Positions 15,201 to 29,400 of a DNA stretch of 64,000 nucleotides are shown piece by piece. Origin of the DNA: Fimicolochytrium jonesii (lineage: Eukaryota); contig NW_026515690.1 in NCBI RefSeq assembly GCF_025526975.1, positions 186,001 through 250,000 of the forward strand, read 5' to 3'. The position numbers were made by a program, and so were the translations under genes. Positions within the stretch are counted from its first letter, which is position 1. Each line of letters begins with the position of its first letter. The notes under the pieces were generated by a model. The model did no database searches. It was not told where the DNA came from and worked only from the letters and a program-made list of their open reading frames with translations.

Positions 15201-16122
15201 ACTCAGGGTAATGCGGCGCAGAGCTTGCAAGGATTGTCATTACTTTAGCTGACCAGGACTGCCATGACAGGAGCAAGAAGCCATAAAACGAAAAGCAGCC
15301 GAGCGCCAACAAGCTGCTGCCGAAAAACGTGCCATGGACAGCAAAGAGAAGAAGCAGGTACGTCGTCCAGATTCCGGTCCTGTAACCATTGCATGACAGT
15401 CCACTCATTCACGGCTGCATCTAGGTCAAAGTGATGCTGAAGCTTCCCGCAAAAGGGGCCGCAGCGTCTTCGCACACGCAGGCACAATCTTCATCAAGCA
15501 ACGAGCTTGTGCGCGAAACGGTTACGCACACCGAAAGGATGACTATGCAGCAAAGGGTGTCACAATATCAGACAGGGCCAACCACGATCGTTGACGAGAA
15601 TGGAAACCTACCAGAGCCTCCCTCAGAGTAAGTTCGGATTACGTGTCATCTGCTGCAAGAGGAAAGAAATTAATCGTCCACCTCCATCCTCCAAAGTTAC
15701 GACTCGGAAGACCTACAAAGTAGCGATGACGAAGTATACAGTGGCAGTAGCAAAAGCGGCAATGTTGTCGGCACGCCGGAGAGCTCAACGCCGAACCCCA
15801 AGAAACGCAAGGCGGACGAACCGGAATGGGTGAACACCCCGGAGCTAATGAAGCTGATACACGCGCACGAGCGAACAGATCCGGATGCAGTGTTTGGAGG
15901 TGCCCGCCCTCCTTTGGAAGGTATGAACCGTCACCGCATTGAGCGTACACTGCTCCCAGACCATGTTATGACCACTAATCTTTATCCATCGTCGCAGATG
16001 TCTTCAAGGAGGGCATGAAGCGGAAACCGTTTCGTGCTCGCGCCAGTTCGGCCTGGACGGGGCAGGACGTGCTTACTGCGTCGGAGGATATGGAGTATAA
16101 AAAGTCGATGGGTTATCTCTGA
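12211..16122 (+). CDS. INCENP: Inner centromere protein (INCENP/Sli15/Pic1-like) with C-terminal IN-box
   Basis: A long low-complexity exon and a charged coiled coil, then an IN-box-like terminus PEWVNTPELMKLI...DPDAVFGG...LEDVF...FRARASSAWTGQDVLT..EDMEYKKSMGYL*. Confidence 0.8.
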
Positions 16123-16439
16123 AGTCTCTGCGTAGGGAACGCGAGCCGGTTCATTCTGTAGCTTCGTATGCAATTAAATGCCGCCGATTGCCAATTGCAA
16201 CACCGTCTAATATAATATTGCAATCAAAAGTTTTGGCAATTTTTGGCGAAGCTTTGACCGAGTTTTGGCGAACAGGACGAACCCCGAAGAAAGGCGACCC
16301 GCAGGAGTCTGACCAAAAAGCTGATATTCATTCCGCCCCACATGCATTATCTACAATATCCGTGGGGGCAGCTACACGAGAAGTATGTACACGCGGCGCC
16401 GAACAGAAGGGAGTCCAGGGTTCCCCTATGACTCCTCCG

Positions 16440-18148
16440 CTATCGAGACACACTCTCAAGATCTACATTCTCCGGCGAGAGGTCGTCAAGCGTCAGAGGG
16501 TCAGAGTCCGATCTAGTTGATGGTGGGGCAGGTGGTGGCTGGAGATGTTTGAAGAAGGGATGTGTAAGCGCTGTCGTGGCTCCGATGCGCTTGTGCATGT
16601 CGTAACAGAGCATTGCCTGGTCATAGATTCAAAAGGTGAGTAACTAGATCTAAACCAATATCCGAGGATTTCACCTACCTCCAGCAGATTGATCCCGTCA
16701 TCGGGCAAAGGGCTGCGGAACTGATGCGCTCCGGCATTGCTCACATAGGGAGCCAGGGATCTGCGTGGGGCAGGCAGGTTGGTTGCGGATTTTGATGTTT
16801 TGTAGACGCCGGGGAAGGCGAAGTTTTCTGGAAAGTCTGTTGGGCGCGGGTCGCCGAGTTTTCTGGGAGACAAAAAAACAGTCGACGGTCACCAATGCAA
16901 GCCTCGCCATGCCCCCACGTTTCGTGACTGTGCAGTTACCGTCTTATGTCCATCATGATCGACGCTTCACTTCCTCCTTGGAACATCGGCCTCCCTCTCA
17001 CCATCTCTGTTGGGTACATCTCAAAGGTCAGCACCGAAGACGTTAGGATATGCGCAACAAGGTGAGGTTTTTACCTGCAAACACGCATCCCGCACTCCAC
17101 ATGTCGACTGCCACTGTGTAATGCCGATAATTCGTGAAGATCTCCGGAGCACGGTATGATATGGTTGTAGTCTGAAGAGAGTGTTATGAGCTCGTCCAAC
17201 CGTAGCGTGGCTCTCAAGCAAGCACCAACGAACCACCGGACTCAGAGCTTTGGCGGGACAGGTAATGACTCGGCCGAGGCCAAAGTCGGCTACCTTGATG
17301 GTATCGTCGTCTGTGATGAGGATGTTTTCTGGAGTCCGGGAGTCAGAGCGGTTAGATGGATGATGACCGTCTGAGGACGACATGCACACCGCATCTCACC
17401 AGGTTTCAGATCCCGATGTGCAACTTTGTTCCCATGGCAATATCTCAGTCCTTCCAAAATTTGATAGATATACCTCTAGAGATGGTTTCGGCATGGTAGG
17501 TTGAGACAATATTTCTTGATCCGGCAATCAGACGTGCAAGACATACCCTGGTCCTTTCGACCTCGAATCCCTGTGGCTCCTCCCTCAGAGCTCTTTGTAA
17601 TGTTGTCGGACAATATTCCATAACCATATATGCTTTCGACTTTCCCATATCGTGAAACACATCCACAAGACTACAGTCGCATGATATGAACAGGAGGATG
17701 TATTAAGAGACCTCTACTTGCTATTCTGCTGTCGTTGGAGGCACCAAGTGCCATACTATGCGCGGTGTTCTTACCTGATAAGATTGACGTGTCGCAGACT
17801 TTTCAATAGGGTGAGCTCTCTTATAACATCCAGTGCGTAGCCTTCACATACAGACGGCATGGTTCGGTACGCTGACAGCATTCTGTTCTGAGCCGTCAAG
17901 GGCCGGTGATTTTCCTTGTCGTCGTCGGGATAAGACTTGAGGCCGGGTGGAATTGAGGGCGGGGACTTGACGGTTTTGATAGCGACCAGGAACCCGTCGC
18001 TTCGACGTTGCGCTTTGTAGACGTCGCCATAGGCTCCGCTGCCGAGATGCCCCAGTCGCTCGTACCTATCCCATACTGAGTACGCAGGTTCGGCAGACCT
18101 CGACTTGTATTCAAACATATCTTGATACGAATTCTGCGAAACGGACAT
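16440..18148 (-). CDS. Cyclin-dependent kinase-like Ser/Thr kinase (CMGC), multi-exon
   Basis: [60 protein letters not shown] and HPFF; the spliced frame is open to TAG at 16440. Confidence 0.9.
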
Positions 18149-18778
18149 GGCTACTCAATGACAAAGGAACAGAGGGGAGGGTAAGGAAAGAAAAACTGAT
18201 ATGAAGGAAATGGATGGTATTCTATACAGCAGCCAAGAGGACGACGCAAGGCGAAGGAAGTGTATAGGCGGCAGATGGTGCAAGCCAAGATAGGGGCAAG
18301 ATGGGGGCCAAGATGGATAGGAACCAATTGAGCTTTTTGTTTGAGTTTTATGCTAAGGTGTTTCCGGACATCAATTTGCATCGCGCTGGAAGTCATCACT
18401 TTGTGCCAATCCGGACATCAGGGGGACGTGTTCTTCAGCGCACAGAACAAGCACAGGCAGTCTACAGGTCATTGCAAAATGGTAAAATCGCCTTCCCTCC
18501 ACTCTTGTGTCTCAGATATGAAGTATTTAAGGTAGCTCAGGTTTTTCTATCATCCAGATAACCCAAACAATACGCCTGGGCTCCGTACAACCAAATTCCT
18601 TGGGTCATCTCTCACAGGGTTAATCTGGACCTACGCCTTCAAAACGCCATCACAAAAAACGTCATCACAACTTCAAATTCACGCGTGTTGTTCGCTGGAC
18701 ATAACAACACGGTCCTACGCTTTTGGGCTACTCATGCTGGACAGGAGGAGCAGTTTTCGAATTAGTTCCAGCTGAGCT

Positions 18779-20717
18779 ATGCGCATTTTTCAATACGTTG
18801 GGAAAGCGCGGACATTTCTCACTTTTGTCATATTCACGTTGCAAACGCCACAATGCGATTCACATATCACGCAAGATCATCAAACGGAGATTGCCATGGC
18901 TGCAACAGCCCGTCTAAATGACCAATTGCAAAATTTGGTCGCGGCTTATGAGGGCATCGTACAGGGTTTCACAGGCAGGAGGGAGAAGGATGAAAGGAGG
19001 GAGGAAGACGAAAGTAGCTTGAGAAATGCAAGAGGTGGTTGGATCGCGGCATTACGCGCAAGGGAGTTTATCCAACAACCGAAGGAGTGGGATCTAGCAA
19101 AGAGAATGGACCTGGCAAAACTGGAGAAGCGAGATGGTATGGATGATGTTCGATCAATTGGACGGACACGATTCACAGGACGTACATTTGCGATGTGAAA
19201 ACTGAAGTTCGCCTCTAGGTACTTGTAACTGGGGTGTCAGCAAGATGGCAACACCTTCGTTGCCTTTGGTAGGTATAGAATGCACTTCAAAGTTGCTTGC
19301 ATATGACCTTCCATCTTACGCACACTGAGACTTCCCAATATCACTAGTACAACTGTCCTAAAATGACTTTGAGTAATGCCCAATACCACTCCCGACCTGC
19401 AAATAGCCTTTGTTCAGCGTGCGTATCGACCGACCTCGAGTGCACTGCGACATGTTGCACGGAGATTACCTTCGTAAGTTCAAGCTGCCTCGGCGTGGAT
19501 CTGACGAGTATCCTCCATCTCATGTTGCGGCTCTCAGGGGAATCACTGCGTATGCCCTGTCGACATCATAGGACCGACATGCACTCTTTGGAACACATTT
19601 CATTGTACGCCCACCCTCCTGTCACCTAAGCTAACAAAAGCATCTTGCGATGGACAGCCGAGCACAACCATCTCCGTCGCACAGGCAGACGGCAGCACAG
19701 CCGCGACGATCGTGCCTTGTCCACAAGTCTTCAATGTATCGAATGTTGTGGATTTCAGATTTACATTAGCGTGTGAGCAGGACTCACCGCTAAACGTGAA
19801 GTTGAATCGCACCAGCACAACGACCTACACTGATGGGGAGTTCATGTATACAATCGGCAACGGCGATAAGGTGATGCCCATCCCTCATAAAGCATCTCCG
19901 CTTTCTCGAGTTAGACCCTTGACTAAATGCCTGTTTGCAGTTTGCATACACGCAAGCCCTTTCGTCAAATTTTCTCTTTCGCCTCAAGTTCGCCAATTTA
20001 TTCCGACTATCCCCCAACGCAGCGCAATCCTATTATGCGCCCATAACGCCTATTCCCGACGCATTCGTGGGGAACACGACCTTGAGCATCAGAGTCAATT
20101 TGTCATTGGTGCTGGACGGCCGGGATGGTCAGGAAGGTCTTGGAGGACGCGCAACGACTGCCTCGTCACCTGAGGCTAGTGCCACTAGCAGTGCATCAGC
20201 CAGCGCTGGCCAGTTCGCTGCTGGAGGAAGGCTGTATTTTGAGGGTGGTACGTTGGCAATGATGAGGGGATCAGCCCTCGGAGTTTTTGAAGGTGACGAT
20301 CGCTAAAATGCCTGCTCAATCCGGTCGCCAGCTCTGTACAATCCAGGTTACGCATCCGTCCCGGGTATCTCCGGAAATAAGAGGTAAGGGAGACATCACC
20401 CTGATATGTTGATATCTCCAGACGCAATCGCTTGTGACCCTGACCCTGACCCTCCCGCAAGCATCCTGGGCTTCATAGATTTCACGTCCCCCAAACCACG
20501 TTCCTCTAACTTCTATGCGCCGACAAAGGAAAGTCCTGCGCTAAGCATTGCCCAGATTGTGGGGATCTGTATGTGTGGCGTCGTGTAGGTACCACCAATC
20601 AGTGACGCATCAACCTACATGCCCTTGACCTGACACTTTCAGTTGTCCCATAGATTGGTAGCTGCGGTCGCTCAGTGTTGCATCAAGGATAAGCGTAGGC
20701 GGCAGAAAGCAGCGTAG
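18779..20717 (+). CDS. Hypothetical Cys-rich single-pass membrane protein, multi-exon (model tentative)
   Basis: Hydrophobic N-terminus; a Cys-rich exon (CSACVSTDLECTATCC); GT-AG sites that link several ORF pieces in frame; a C-terminal hydrophobic stretch IAQIVGICMCGVV...LVAAVAQCC followed by a basic tail KDKRRRQKAA*. Confidence 0.5.
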
Positions 20718-21034
20718 CTGAATGAAGTACGTACGTTCACTTAGAGTGGAAATGGAACATTTGCATGTACGTTGGACATGTACATATGTGAAATCGATTG
20801 CCTTCTGGATCTAAGACCGCTCCACGGGAGTCCTCTCTGCATAATGTGACTGAGCGGCGTTCCCATGTATTCCGTAACTTTGTTACAAGAAGAGAGACGT
20901 AAAACAACAAACTCTTGGGGGTACGACAAACTTTGCCTAAACTGTCCATCATTGAAAATTCCTAAAATCCAAAAAACAAAACAATAACACACAAAATTGT
21001 CCGCGAATCCAAGATGTCCCCTCGAGATGTCTAT

Positions 21035-23785
21035 CTACTCCCATGCATTCTTCTCTTCCGCCCACGGATCGCTTATGGCGCCAGCTGGCGGCGGAGGGAG
21101 CGTACTCCCCTGCCCGGGGAGCACCGGCAAATCTTTTGTGGGCGTGCTCAGTATATCCGGCGTCGGGATAGAGCCAGCCGTCGCCGAGAAACCGCTGTGC
21201 TTTCTGGGCTGCTCGGCGGACGCCTGAGATCGGTTTGTGCCGCCGTCTTCCCATCCCGTGGATCGCCAGGATGCGGAATCTTGTTTGTCCAGATGTGTTA
21301 GCCGCAGTGTTGTGACGATGTGCACGTAGTCGGAGGATTCAGTGGATTTAGCGATGGCTAGGTCAATCGGCAACTGGGGTGAGGGAAGACGCCAAGTGAG
21401 CACATTCGTATTCATGGACGTACGGAAACACGACCGTAACCATAAACCGGCAGTGCCTTACCTTCCCATCCTTGTCCGTCACATCTGTGCGCGGGGTTCT
21501 GCGAAGAATGGCCGTGACGGCTTTTGCATTCCCTGCATCTGCGGCGCAGTGTAAGGGAGCTACAAATGATGATCTGATTAGCCGAGCCCATCTACTTCCT
21601 GAGTGTCTTCAACCCTTTGAACATACTCCATCCTTTCTCGTCCACAGCATCAAAGTCGGCATTCCACAGCAGCAGGAACTCCACAACGCTTGCATCAACG
21701 CTCGCCGCTTTATGCAGCAAGGTCTGCCCATTGAGATCTTTTTCGTTGACATTAGAGCCATGCGCGATACTGGCAAGCAGCTCAAGGAGGTAATCATGTG
21801 TTAATGGCGGAGTAGAGAAGGGTGTAGTGGCGGGTCGTAGGAATGCCTGGTTAAGCAATGACGCGTAAGTGGAGTTGCACCGGTTGCGGTTTGGCTGGCC
21901 GAGCGTACCTTCGCATTGTACTTCTGTACCGAGTACTTCTGCTTCTTCGCCCTATTGACATCAACAGTAAGTATGGGGTTCCAAGTAAACAGAAGAGGTA
22001 TTGGAAGTTCTCGCCTATCGTCATCTGGCTTTGGCTTGCCGTCTTCATCTTTGAGATTGCCTTCGAATAGCTCGTTGACTCGTTTGTTCCCCAAAGTAAG
22101 GAGGATATCTCCCTCCAGCTGATCCCAACGATCGAGGGACAGTGATTTGACCTGGAAGAGAGAAAGGATTGAGTATTCGGTACCGCGTTTGTACATATTC
22201 AGCCGCAAAGACGACGTGTAGCTCACCTTGGAGACGTGCCTCCCTAAACCCCGATGTATTCCAGAGCAAGTGATACACACTATGATGCCCAAGTTACAAC
22301 TCGCCCATTCCACGTCCTGATCCGACCCGCAGTCAGCACAGGTATCATTGCCGGGTACCGAGCGTACACGCTCGAGTAGGTCTGCTGCCTTTTGAGGAGC
22401 ATTTAATGCAGAGGTCCCGCCCTGCAGGTGTGATGTGGTGTTTGTGGGGTCCGCGAAGGACGGTTTCTGCGATCGAGAATGTTAGGCTGCTGCAAAGACA
22501 CTCCCCTCAGCTTTCAGGCGGACATACCACCCCGGGATTGCCAGCACCTTCATCGGAGATAGAACGCGAGATGGCGGCCTGCAACGCGCTAATCCAATCC
22601 TTCAGCTGGGCTTCGTTCTGCGCTTGAAGCGTGAGAGTTCTGGAATGCACCTATCAGCTGATTATCAGACTTCGGGTGCGAGACCCGGCTGCAGGCTCAC
22701 TTTGTGGGAGACACCAAGTCGAAGCAGAACCGCCGTTCAGGTGTGGGCGTCTCTTTGACCATGCATATCCTTAGATCAACGGTCGTCTTCGCCTCATCCT
22801 GCGGTTCTTCTATGTCAGCTTCGTACGTACTGTACACTCCATTTCACCGGCTGCAATGCTCACTACCGACCTTGCCCTCTATCGAAAAGTACCCCAGGTA
22901 CCAGTTCCCCAACTCGAAGAACCTCCGATGCCACACTGTCCGCATCTTGCTTGAGCTCTTCTTGTAAAGATAGCCAGCCTTGTAAATGGTAGAGGACGTC
23001 CGCGTTGATTTCGTTTCCGACACGGATGACGCTGGGTCGTAGTATTCCGGCGGCAGGAGGAGGGAGTTCGCCTGTGGCGCCGGTTGACGGGCATGCTCCA
23101 TCCGGCTCTTTTGCAGAAGGCCTGTGAGCTCCCGCATAGACGGCTCAAGATCCTTCAGGGCATCATAAGCTTGGTGGAAGAACGAGAAATTCGTATACAC
23201 GAGAGCCACAACGTTCTCAACGAGCTCGAACTTTCTTTTCACATTGACTTCATTCAGCTTGATGCCGTATTCCACTGTCTTCATGTGGAAGTGTCTCCGC
23301 GATTCAGCAGCGTCGCGTGCGCTCTCCTCGATGCCCTTGTCTTGCGGACGCTTCCCCATGTACTTTCCCATAGCATTGAGGAAGTGGTCCTGCGATTGCA
23401 AGAAGTCTTTCCCAGCTCTTTTGGCGGGCGCAATTTCGGTGGTGCCAAAATTGTTCAGCGGTTCTATGAAGACATCTTTGTATTGGCTGGCGGCTATCAT
23501 CCGGCTCCTTTCGATGTCTTTGAAAACCTGCGCGAACTTCAAGAGCTGCAGTCCGATAAGCTCATAGGAAGGGTCGTCCTCGAACCCAGCTAGGCTCTGA
23601 ATCTCCTCCGCAAGCGCTTGATATTTTGCAGAGTAGTCCTTTGTCATGTCAGTGATTTTCTCAGCAATCGTAGCCATCTTGCGAATGGACCCGTCCACGA
23701 AGTTAAGAGAGGTCTCGCTCTCCTGTAGCGATGCACGGAAAACAGGGGAGTCCCCGAAGGCCTCCTCCAGCAGGACCGGCTTCAT
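21035..23785 (-). CDS. ArfGAP with BAR, PH, ArfGAP zinc finger and ankyrin repeats (ACAP/centaurin-beta type)
   Basis: BAR start EEAFGDSPVFRASL; PH KAGYLYKKSS...WHRRFF; CADC...WASCNLGIIVCITCSGIHRGLG zinc finger; ankyrin NGQTLLHKAA...VEFLLLWNAD. Confidence 0.92.
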
Positions 23786-24025
23786 GGCGTATTGATACTG
23801 TAGAACTGAGGATGGTTCGGCTGGCCGGAATGTGCGCTGGCCTGGCCTGCTGAGGGACGCAGTTTCTATGGTACTGTATGTAACTTGTTTGAGAAATTCC
23901 CCAGACGCGTTAGAGACAACCAGGTATGTAATTTGTGACAGGCCCCGCGTTGGACCGTCAAGATACTTTTGCGTTCTAAGGTTTCGATTAATGTATTGTA
24001 AGAAAGTCCCAAAAATGTAGCTAAT

Positions 24026-25615
24026 TCACCATCCCAACGACTTCACCCGTGCCGCGGGCGAAGGTTGATGAGCGTTTTGCATCCCCTTCGACCCCGGTAT
24101 CTGACTCCCGCCCTCCTTCGCTGTTGGATTGAACACCAATCCCGAAGCATTAGATCCCTTCATCCCTACTCCTCTGCGTAACATCGCAGGGCTATTCGAG
24201 GCAGAGCCCCTCCCAGAAGATGTTCGAGATGCAGAATTCAGAGCTCCAGCTGTTGCCGAAACATCTCGCCTGCTCGCCCCGGCCAGATGAGCAACGCAAT
24301 TCATCAATTTCAATCGTCCTTCCCACTCGTAATCGAGATCAACTGCGAACACTTTGCTGATCACGAACCGATACACGGCTGTGTTCTTGGGGAAGCCCGG
24401 GAGCAAAGCGCAGTCTACACGGAAGTTGAGGTCATCGAGAAGATGCTCCATGAGGCGTTGAATCCACCCGCCATGTGTGATGACAAGGATATTGATTTGT
24501 CGCATTCGGGGTGGTCGTGGGGCAAAGGTTTGTCGCGTTTTCGTCACTACGGTTCCGGGGCCCGTTGCGCCTGATGTTGCTGCTTGATTTGCGGATGCTT
24601 CTTTCGTTTCGCTCGGTTGTCCTGACGGCTGTTGCGTGCTGTTCGATGCATCACCCTGACTTTGCGTTTGCTCGGGCCTTCGCTCTTGCGTGGCGATACC
24701 CGATGCCTCAACTGTATCAATCGACCCCAGCCCAGTTCGCTGGGAGGCGGCGCCTTGCAATAGGGAGTCGGTTGACGTCGCGCGCAACATTTGCGTGTGT
24801 GGTTGCAAAAGATGCGTCTCGATCAAATCCGTGTAAAAGTCGATGACACGCTCTTTGAATGCACGATTGCTTTCGCCCTTCTCCGCAATGTGATCGTCGA
24901 ACGAGCGATCTTCTTCCTTCAATATCTGCTTCGCGTCGGGCCACGAGAGCCCTGTGAGATCTCCAAGATCTTGCTCTCGCAGGCGTTTATCTTTGCTCAG
25001 CGGAGTTTCGGAATGATGCTTTGCAACCTCGTAGGATGTCTGAAGGTATCAAGAGGTCAAGGTTGGTTTCCAGTTCCCACATTCACAATGCGCGACAGAC
25101 CCACGAGTGTCCCTACCTGCTTTGCCCGTAGCAAGTCGCTGGTATATATGTGGTCGAAGGTCTCCTTCTTGAGTCTCCAAGACAAAGATTCTGCCTGCTT
25201 CATTCCCACGACGTTTATGGCGGATTCTGCAAACCATCGAAAGTCAGTAAGATTCTGAGCACCGACTCGTTGAACAGGCGGAGACTCTTACCTGACTGTC
25301 CCTGGAGTACACGAGGCACCATGGCGTTCTGATCCGTTTCCGCACTACAAACAAACACCGCTCAGCAATGTGACCTGGGTCTGCGACGTTCTCCACGGAT
25401 ATCAGAGTAGTATTTCTTTTGGCTGAAACACGCCTCCTGCATGCGTCGTTCTCCTTCCGTTCACCCGCGGTGGACGCATTTTTTTTGCATATACCACCAC
25501 CAAAACCCAGCTTCCAGTGGAAACCCTCGTGCCTGACTCTCATCCTTGCTATACCAATTGTTTGCACGTACTGGCGCACTACGGTCACTTCCAGACAAAT
25601 GTTTCGACGCGACAT
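24026..25615 (-). CDS. Histidine phosphatase / phosphoglycerate mutase family protein (TIGAR/CobC-like)
   Basis: Spliced RH(A)ET motif, IYTSDLLRAKQ, LREQDLGDLTG and ILVITHGGWI...KNTAVY. Confidence 0.88.
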
Positions 25616-26498
25616 AGTTCTTCGAGCAAGAGGCACCTGTAGGAAGGATATGCGGGCCGACAAGTTCCTGTATCCAGCCTAGCTTGGACTACTGCTTGAC
25701 TATAACGGAGCTCTGGTTTGCAGGCAGATGGGAGAGGTGCTGGCTGGTGGAAATGGGCGACGACTTCGAAGGTGGCGGTAAGTGGGATTTTTTGGTGACT
25801 AACGCGTTCCTTCCTTCTTCCTTCTGCCGGTTCGGCCTCGGTTCCCCCTCCGCCATCCTATTCTACAGTATGTCTGGATGCCACATCATTATCTATCCGA
25901 TGCATGGCGAGCGACAGGAGCTTTTAGGGCAGTTGATAGGAGGGAAGGGAATGGGCCAGTTCGGAGTGGTTGTAGTATGGGAGAGTCAGGGGGCGAGGGT
26001 GACAGGAAGGCGGTACACACCGCTCACATACAGTACATCAGTCGAAGCTCTTCGTTTCTGGATCTCCCCATTTCTGCGTCTTTCTTAAAATTTCGGGGAA
26101 TGGAAGCATATACGCTTCTCCGATATCTGGTTCTATATATATATATATATAGTGCCCAGGACTGCACATCGCGCTACTCGTCGGAGGGGCGCTTCGGCGC
26201 ATGAGCCATGCAAAAGTCTTGAAATATCCGCAAAATGCTGGGAGCCTTTTCTGCTCTATGCACCAAAGAGTCGACCTGTAACATAGGGCATTGCCGCATA
26301 GCTACTACCGGTACAATATAATATTGCGGACTCCTTACTAGTCACGACAGCAGTACCAATTCTGATAACGTAGACTAACTGCTTCCGGACACTCGGTCGC
26401 GTTGAAAAAGCGAGCCATCTTGCTTACAGTACATCTCGGGCTGAATTTGAAAAAGGAACGCGAGAACGCCGACGACGTCGGCACATCCTTGGAACGAG

Positions 26499-29400
26499 AT
26501 GGCTCAAAATCCTCCACTGCTTGTTTCCGGAGGAGCCTTGGCCCGTGGCTGGCACATAGAGCTCCCCACAACCCTCGCTTCCGCAAAGGCCGCCACAACG
26601 ATTTCCCACCACCAATCCTCACTTTTTGTACCTTCCAAGGATACGAAGATAACGTCTTTATGCTGGAGTGCAGAGGGATTGTTGCTAGCTGTGATTACCT
26701 CCAAGGGGCTGTTCCTTGTCAGTGCGAAAGGCGAGATTCTGAAGTCGATACCGAGTGGCAACGAGCATCAAATTCGGACTGCAGCGTTTCTGAAAGCGAG
26801 CCCTCGGTACTTGACTTTTGGTGGGACGGAGAAGTCGGTCAGATTTTGGGACGCAAAGAAGGATGAAGCGATTCGGATGTTGAAGGTTGGTCCCCAGTGA
26901 CAACCAAAGGCCGGTTGCAAAACCACGAGCCCTGATGGATCCGGTTGTTTGTAGGGTCACAGCGGGACTGTTAACTCGATCGACATATCTGGGGATGACC
27001 GCCGGTGTGCTGTTGGAACATCTTCGGGCGGTGTTGGGGTGTACTCTATGAAGGATGGTGTCTACACGTCTCTTGCGAGCCCTTTCAAGGAGGTAAACCG
27101 TCGGAACGTTCTAATGCCATTAGTTAAATATGTGGCTAAACTTGGACCGCCTCCAGAGTGTGAACAAGGTTGCCTTCTCGCCAATTCGAAAATCTATGCT
27201 CTTTGCTGTCGGCGACGAAGGATTCGTGGTCCTGTGGGATGTTGACAGGAAGGCGGAGCCGTTACAAATTCACAAGCCAGCTCATGCAGGTCCTGTGCGT
27301 GGGCTTGAGCTGACGAGAGCGAATATCATGTGCACCGTGGGGCTAGACAAGATGGCGCAGTTCTATGACATCGCCCTAAAGAGGTATTTTAGATGCTTAT
27401 CGTCGCACGCGCGAGGCAACATCAGTCTTACACGTTACTCCAGAATTGTCCATTCCGTCAATTTGAAGGCGCCGGTAATGTCCTGCACAAGTCTGGGAGG
27501 CCATATATTTGCCTTCGGGTTGGCGAATGGTGAGTCATCTACTGTTGTGCCTATGCAAAGTGCGTGTCTAATGTAAGTTGGGTGGATAGGGGTGATTGTG
27601 ATATACGATATTAGGCTCCGAAAACACATCGACACACTGCAAAGCTCCTCCGAGCAGAGCCCAATAGAAGCCCTGGCCTTTCAGCCGTCCCTCGTAAGTT
27701 CGCATCCTTGATTTGTTGTCGGATGGTATATGATAACGAATCCGCTATCCAGGACGGAGAATCCAAGCCGTCCAAAGAGTCCATTTTTGGCTCCCGCTCT
27801 AAGGACGCTGCGTCAACGACTGGAGGAAATCCGAAGACCACAGTATCAACGGATAGGACTCGGCGGGCCCTCTCTACAAGAGATGCAGAAAACCCACCTC
27901 CGGTTAGCAACCTCAAGACCAACGAACTAATGAGCATGTTCAGTCCTGTTAAAAGCGTGACGCGAAATGGTGGGTGGGCTACTTTATGAACGGCAGTATA
28001 TAGGGCGGGAAACTTAATCCCACTGCGTTCGGCAGAGCCTACGCGTTCACATCCGGTTGACTCAACAGACAAGCTTCAAGCCTCGCGAGCCATATCGGCT
28101 TTGACAAATCGATCCACCACAGGCACCACGGGCTCGGAAAAACCTGCAAGGCGGGCGGTCTCCGCAACAGCTGAGGCGCTCCTCGCGGAGGCTCGTTCAA
28201 AGGTTCAAAGCGCTCGGACCACGAAGAATGAGCAGTTGCAGGACAGCAGAAACCTGGAGAATAAGCAAAGCACGTCCCCACAGCGTCGGGCGCCACCTTC
28301 GCAAACGAACAGTAACAGAGGTCCATCTCCACCATCGGAGAAATCCCCCCCGCGTGTGACATCAACTGGAACGGGTTCGAGGTTCTCTGCTGGGACTAGT
28401 TCATCAAAGAACGAAGACTTGGAGAGCAAGCTGGCAAGGCTTCAGGCGAGTATGACTCCGGGACAAAATGACGAAGGTAAACCTTCGTAAGAAGCTTTAT
28501 GATAGGTCGCTGTCCACTGATTCCTACTTCACTTGTAGTCATGAACATGTTCTCTCCTATCGCTGCAAAGTCTCAACATTCTACATCTCGGAGAGCTACT
28601 CCGGAATCAACCAGCCGATCGCCACCAGCGTCGAGTTTGCATCCAAATTCTCATATCTCAGGCAGTCTTGCGGAGAAGGATACTCAACGATTGCCCTTGG
28701 CATCGACGACCGTCCCTCAGCCAGGACACGTACAAGACCCCTTTGCAGTCGGCCACGATTCAAACGGTTCTTCAGAAGCGCGGAGAAGCGCGACGCTACT
28801 CCGAGGAGAGACTGGGGCGAAATGGGCAGAACTGAAGGTCGACCCAGCGTCGATTTCCCAGTATGACTTGCAACGGTTTCCGAGTAACAATGAGGGTCGG
28901 CCGGTTCATAACCGCCCGGAGATTCCGGACGAATTCCGGGAAATGTCGAATGCAAAGAGAGTCGAACCAAGTCCAGAGCCGCAGGTCCCTTTAGGCAGGA
29001 ATCAACCGAATCGGGAAGGTCCTGCTGCTCGGTTCCCGACGTCGGATGTCTTTGAGGATGGTAGGATAGCCAAAGACAGTTTGCGAGACCAACCCAGGCG
29101 TCCGACATCGGTAGGGGAGCCGAGCACTGGCCGCCATCAGGATAGGGATCTCAGGCGAGCAACTGGGAGTCCGCCGGTAGGAAACAACCCTGAGGTCGCC
29201 AAATTTGCAGGCTCAACAAAGGGCCGGCCACATTCTGGCTCATCTGATGAACACCTGCCTGACGCGCGGACGACCACTACAGCAGACTTCTGCGGTTGGG
29301 TTCAACGAGAAGCGCTGGACAGTGTACGAATATTGTCCAACTCAGATGCAGCCCTACGCTCAAAGAGCCCTCCAGCCGCAGTCCCTTATCGCTCCGTTCC

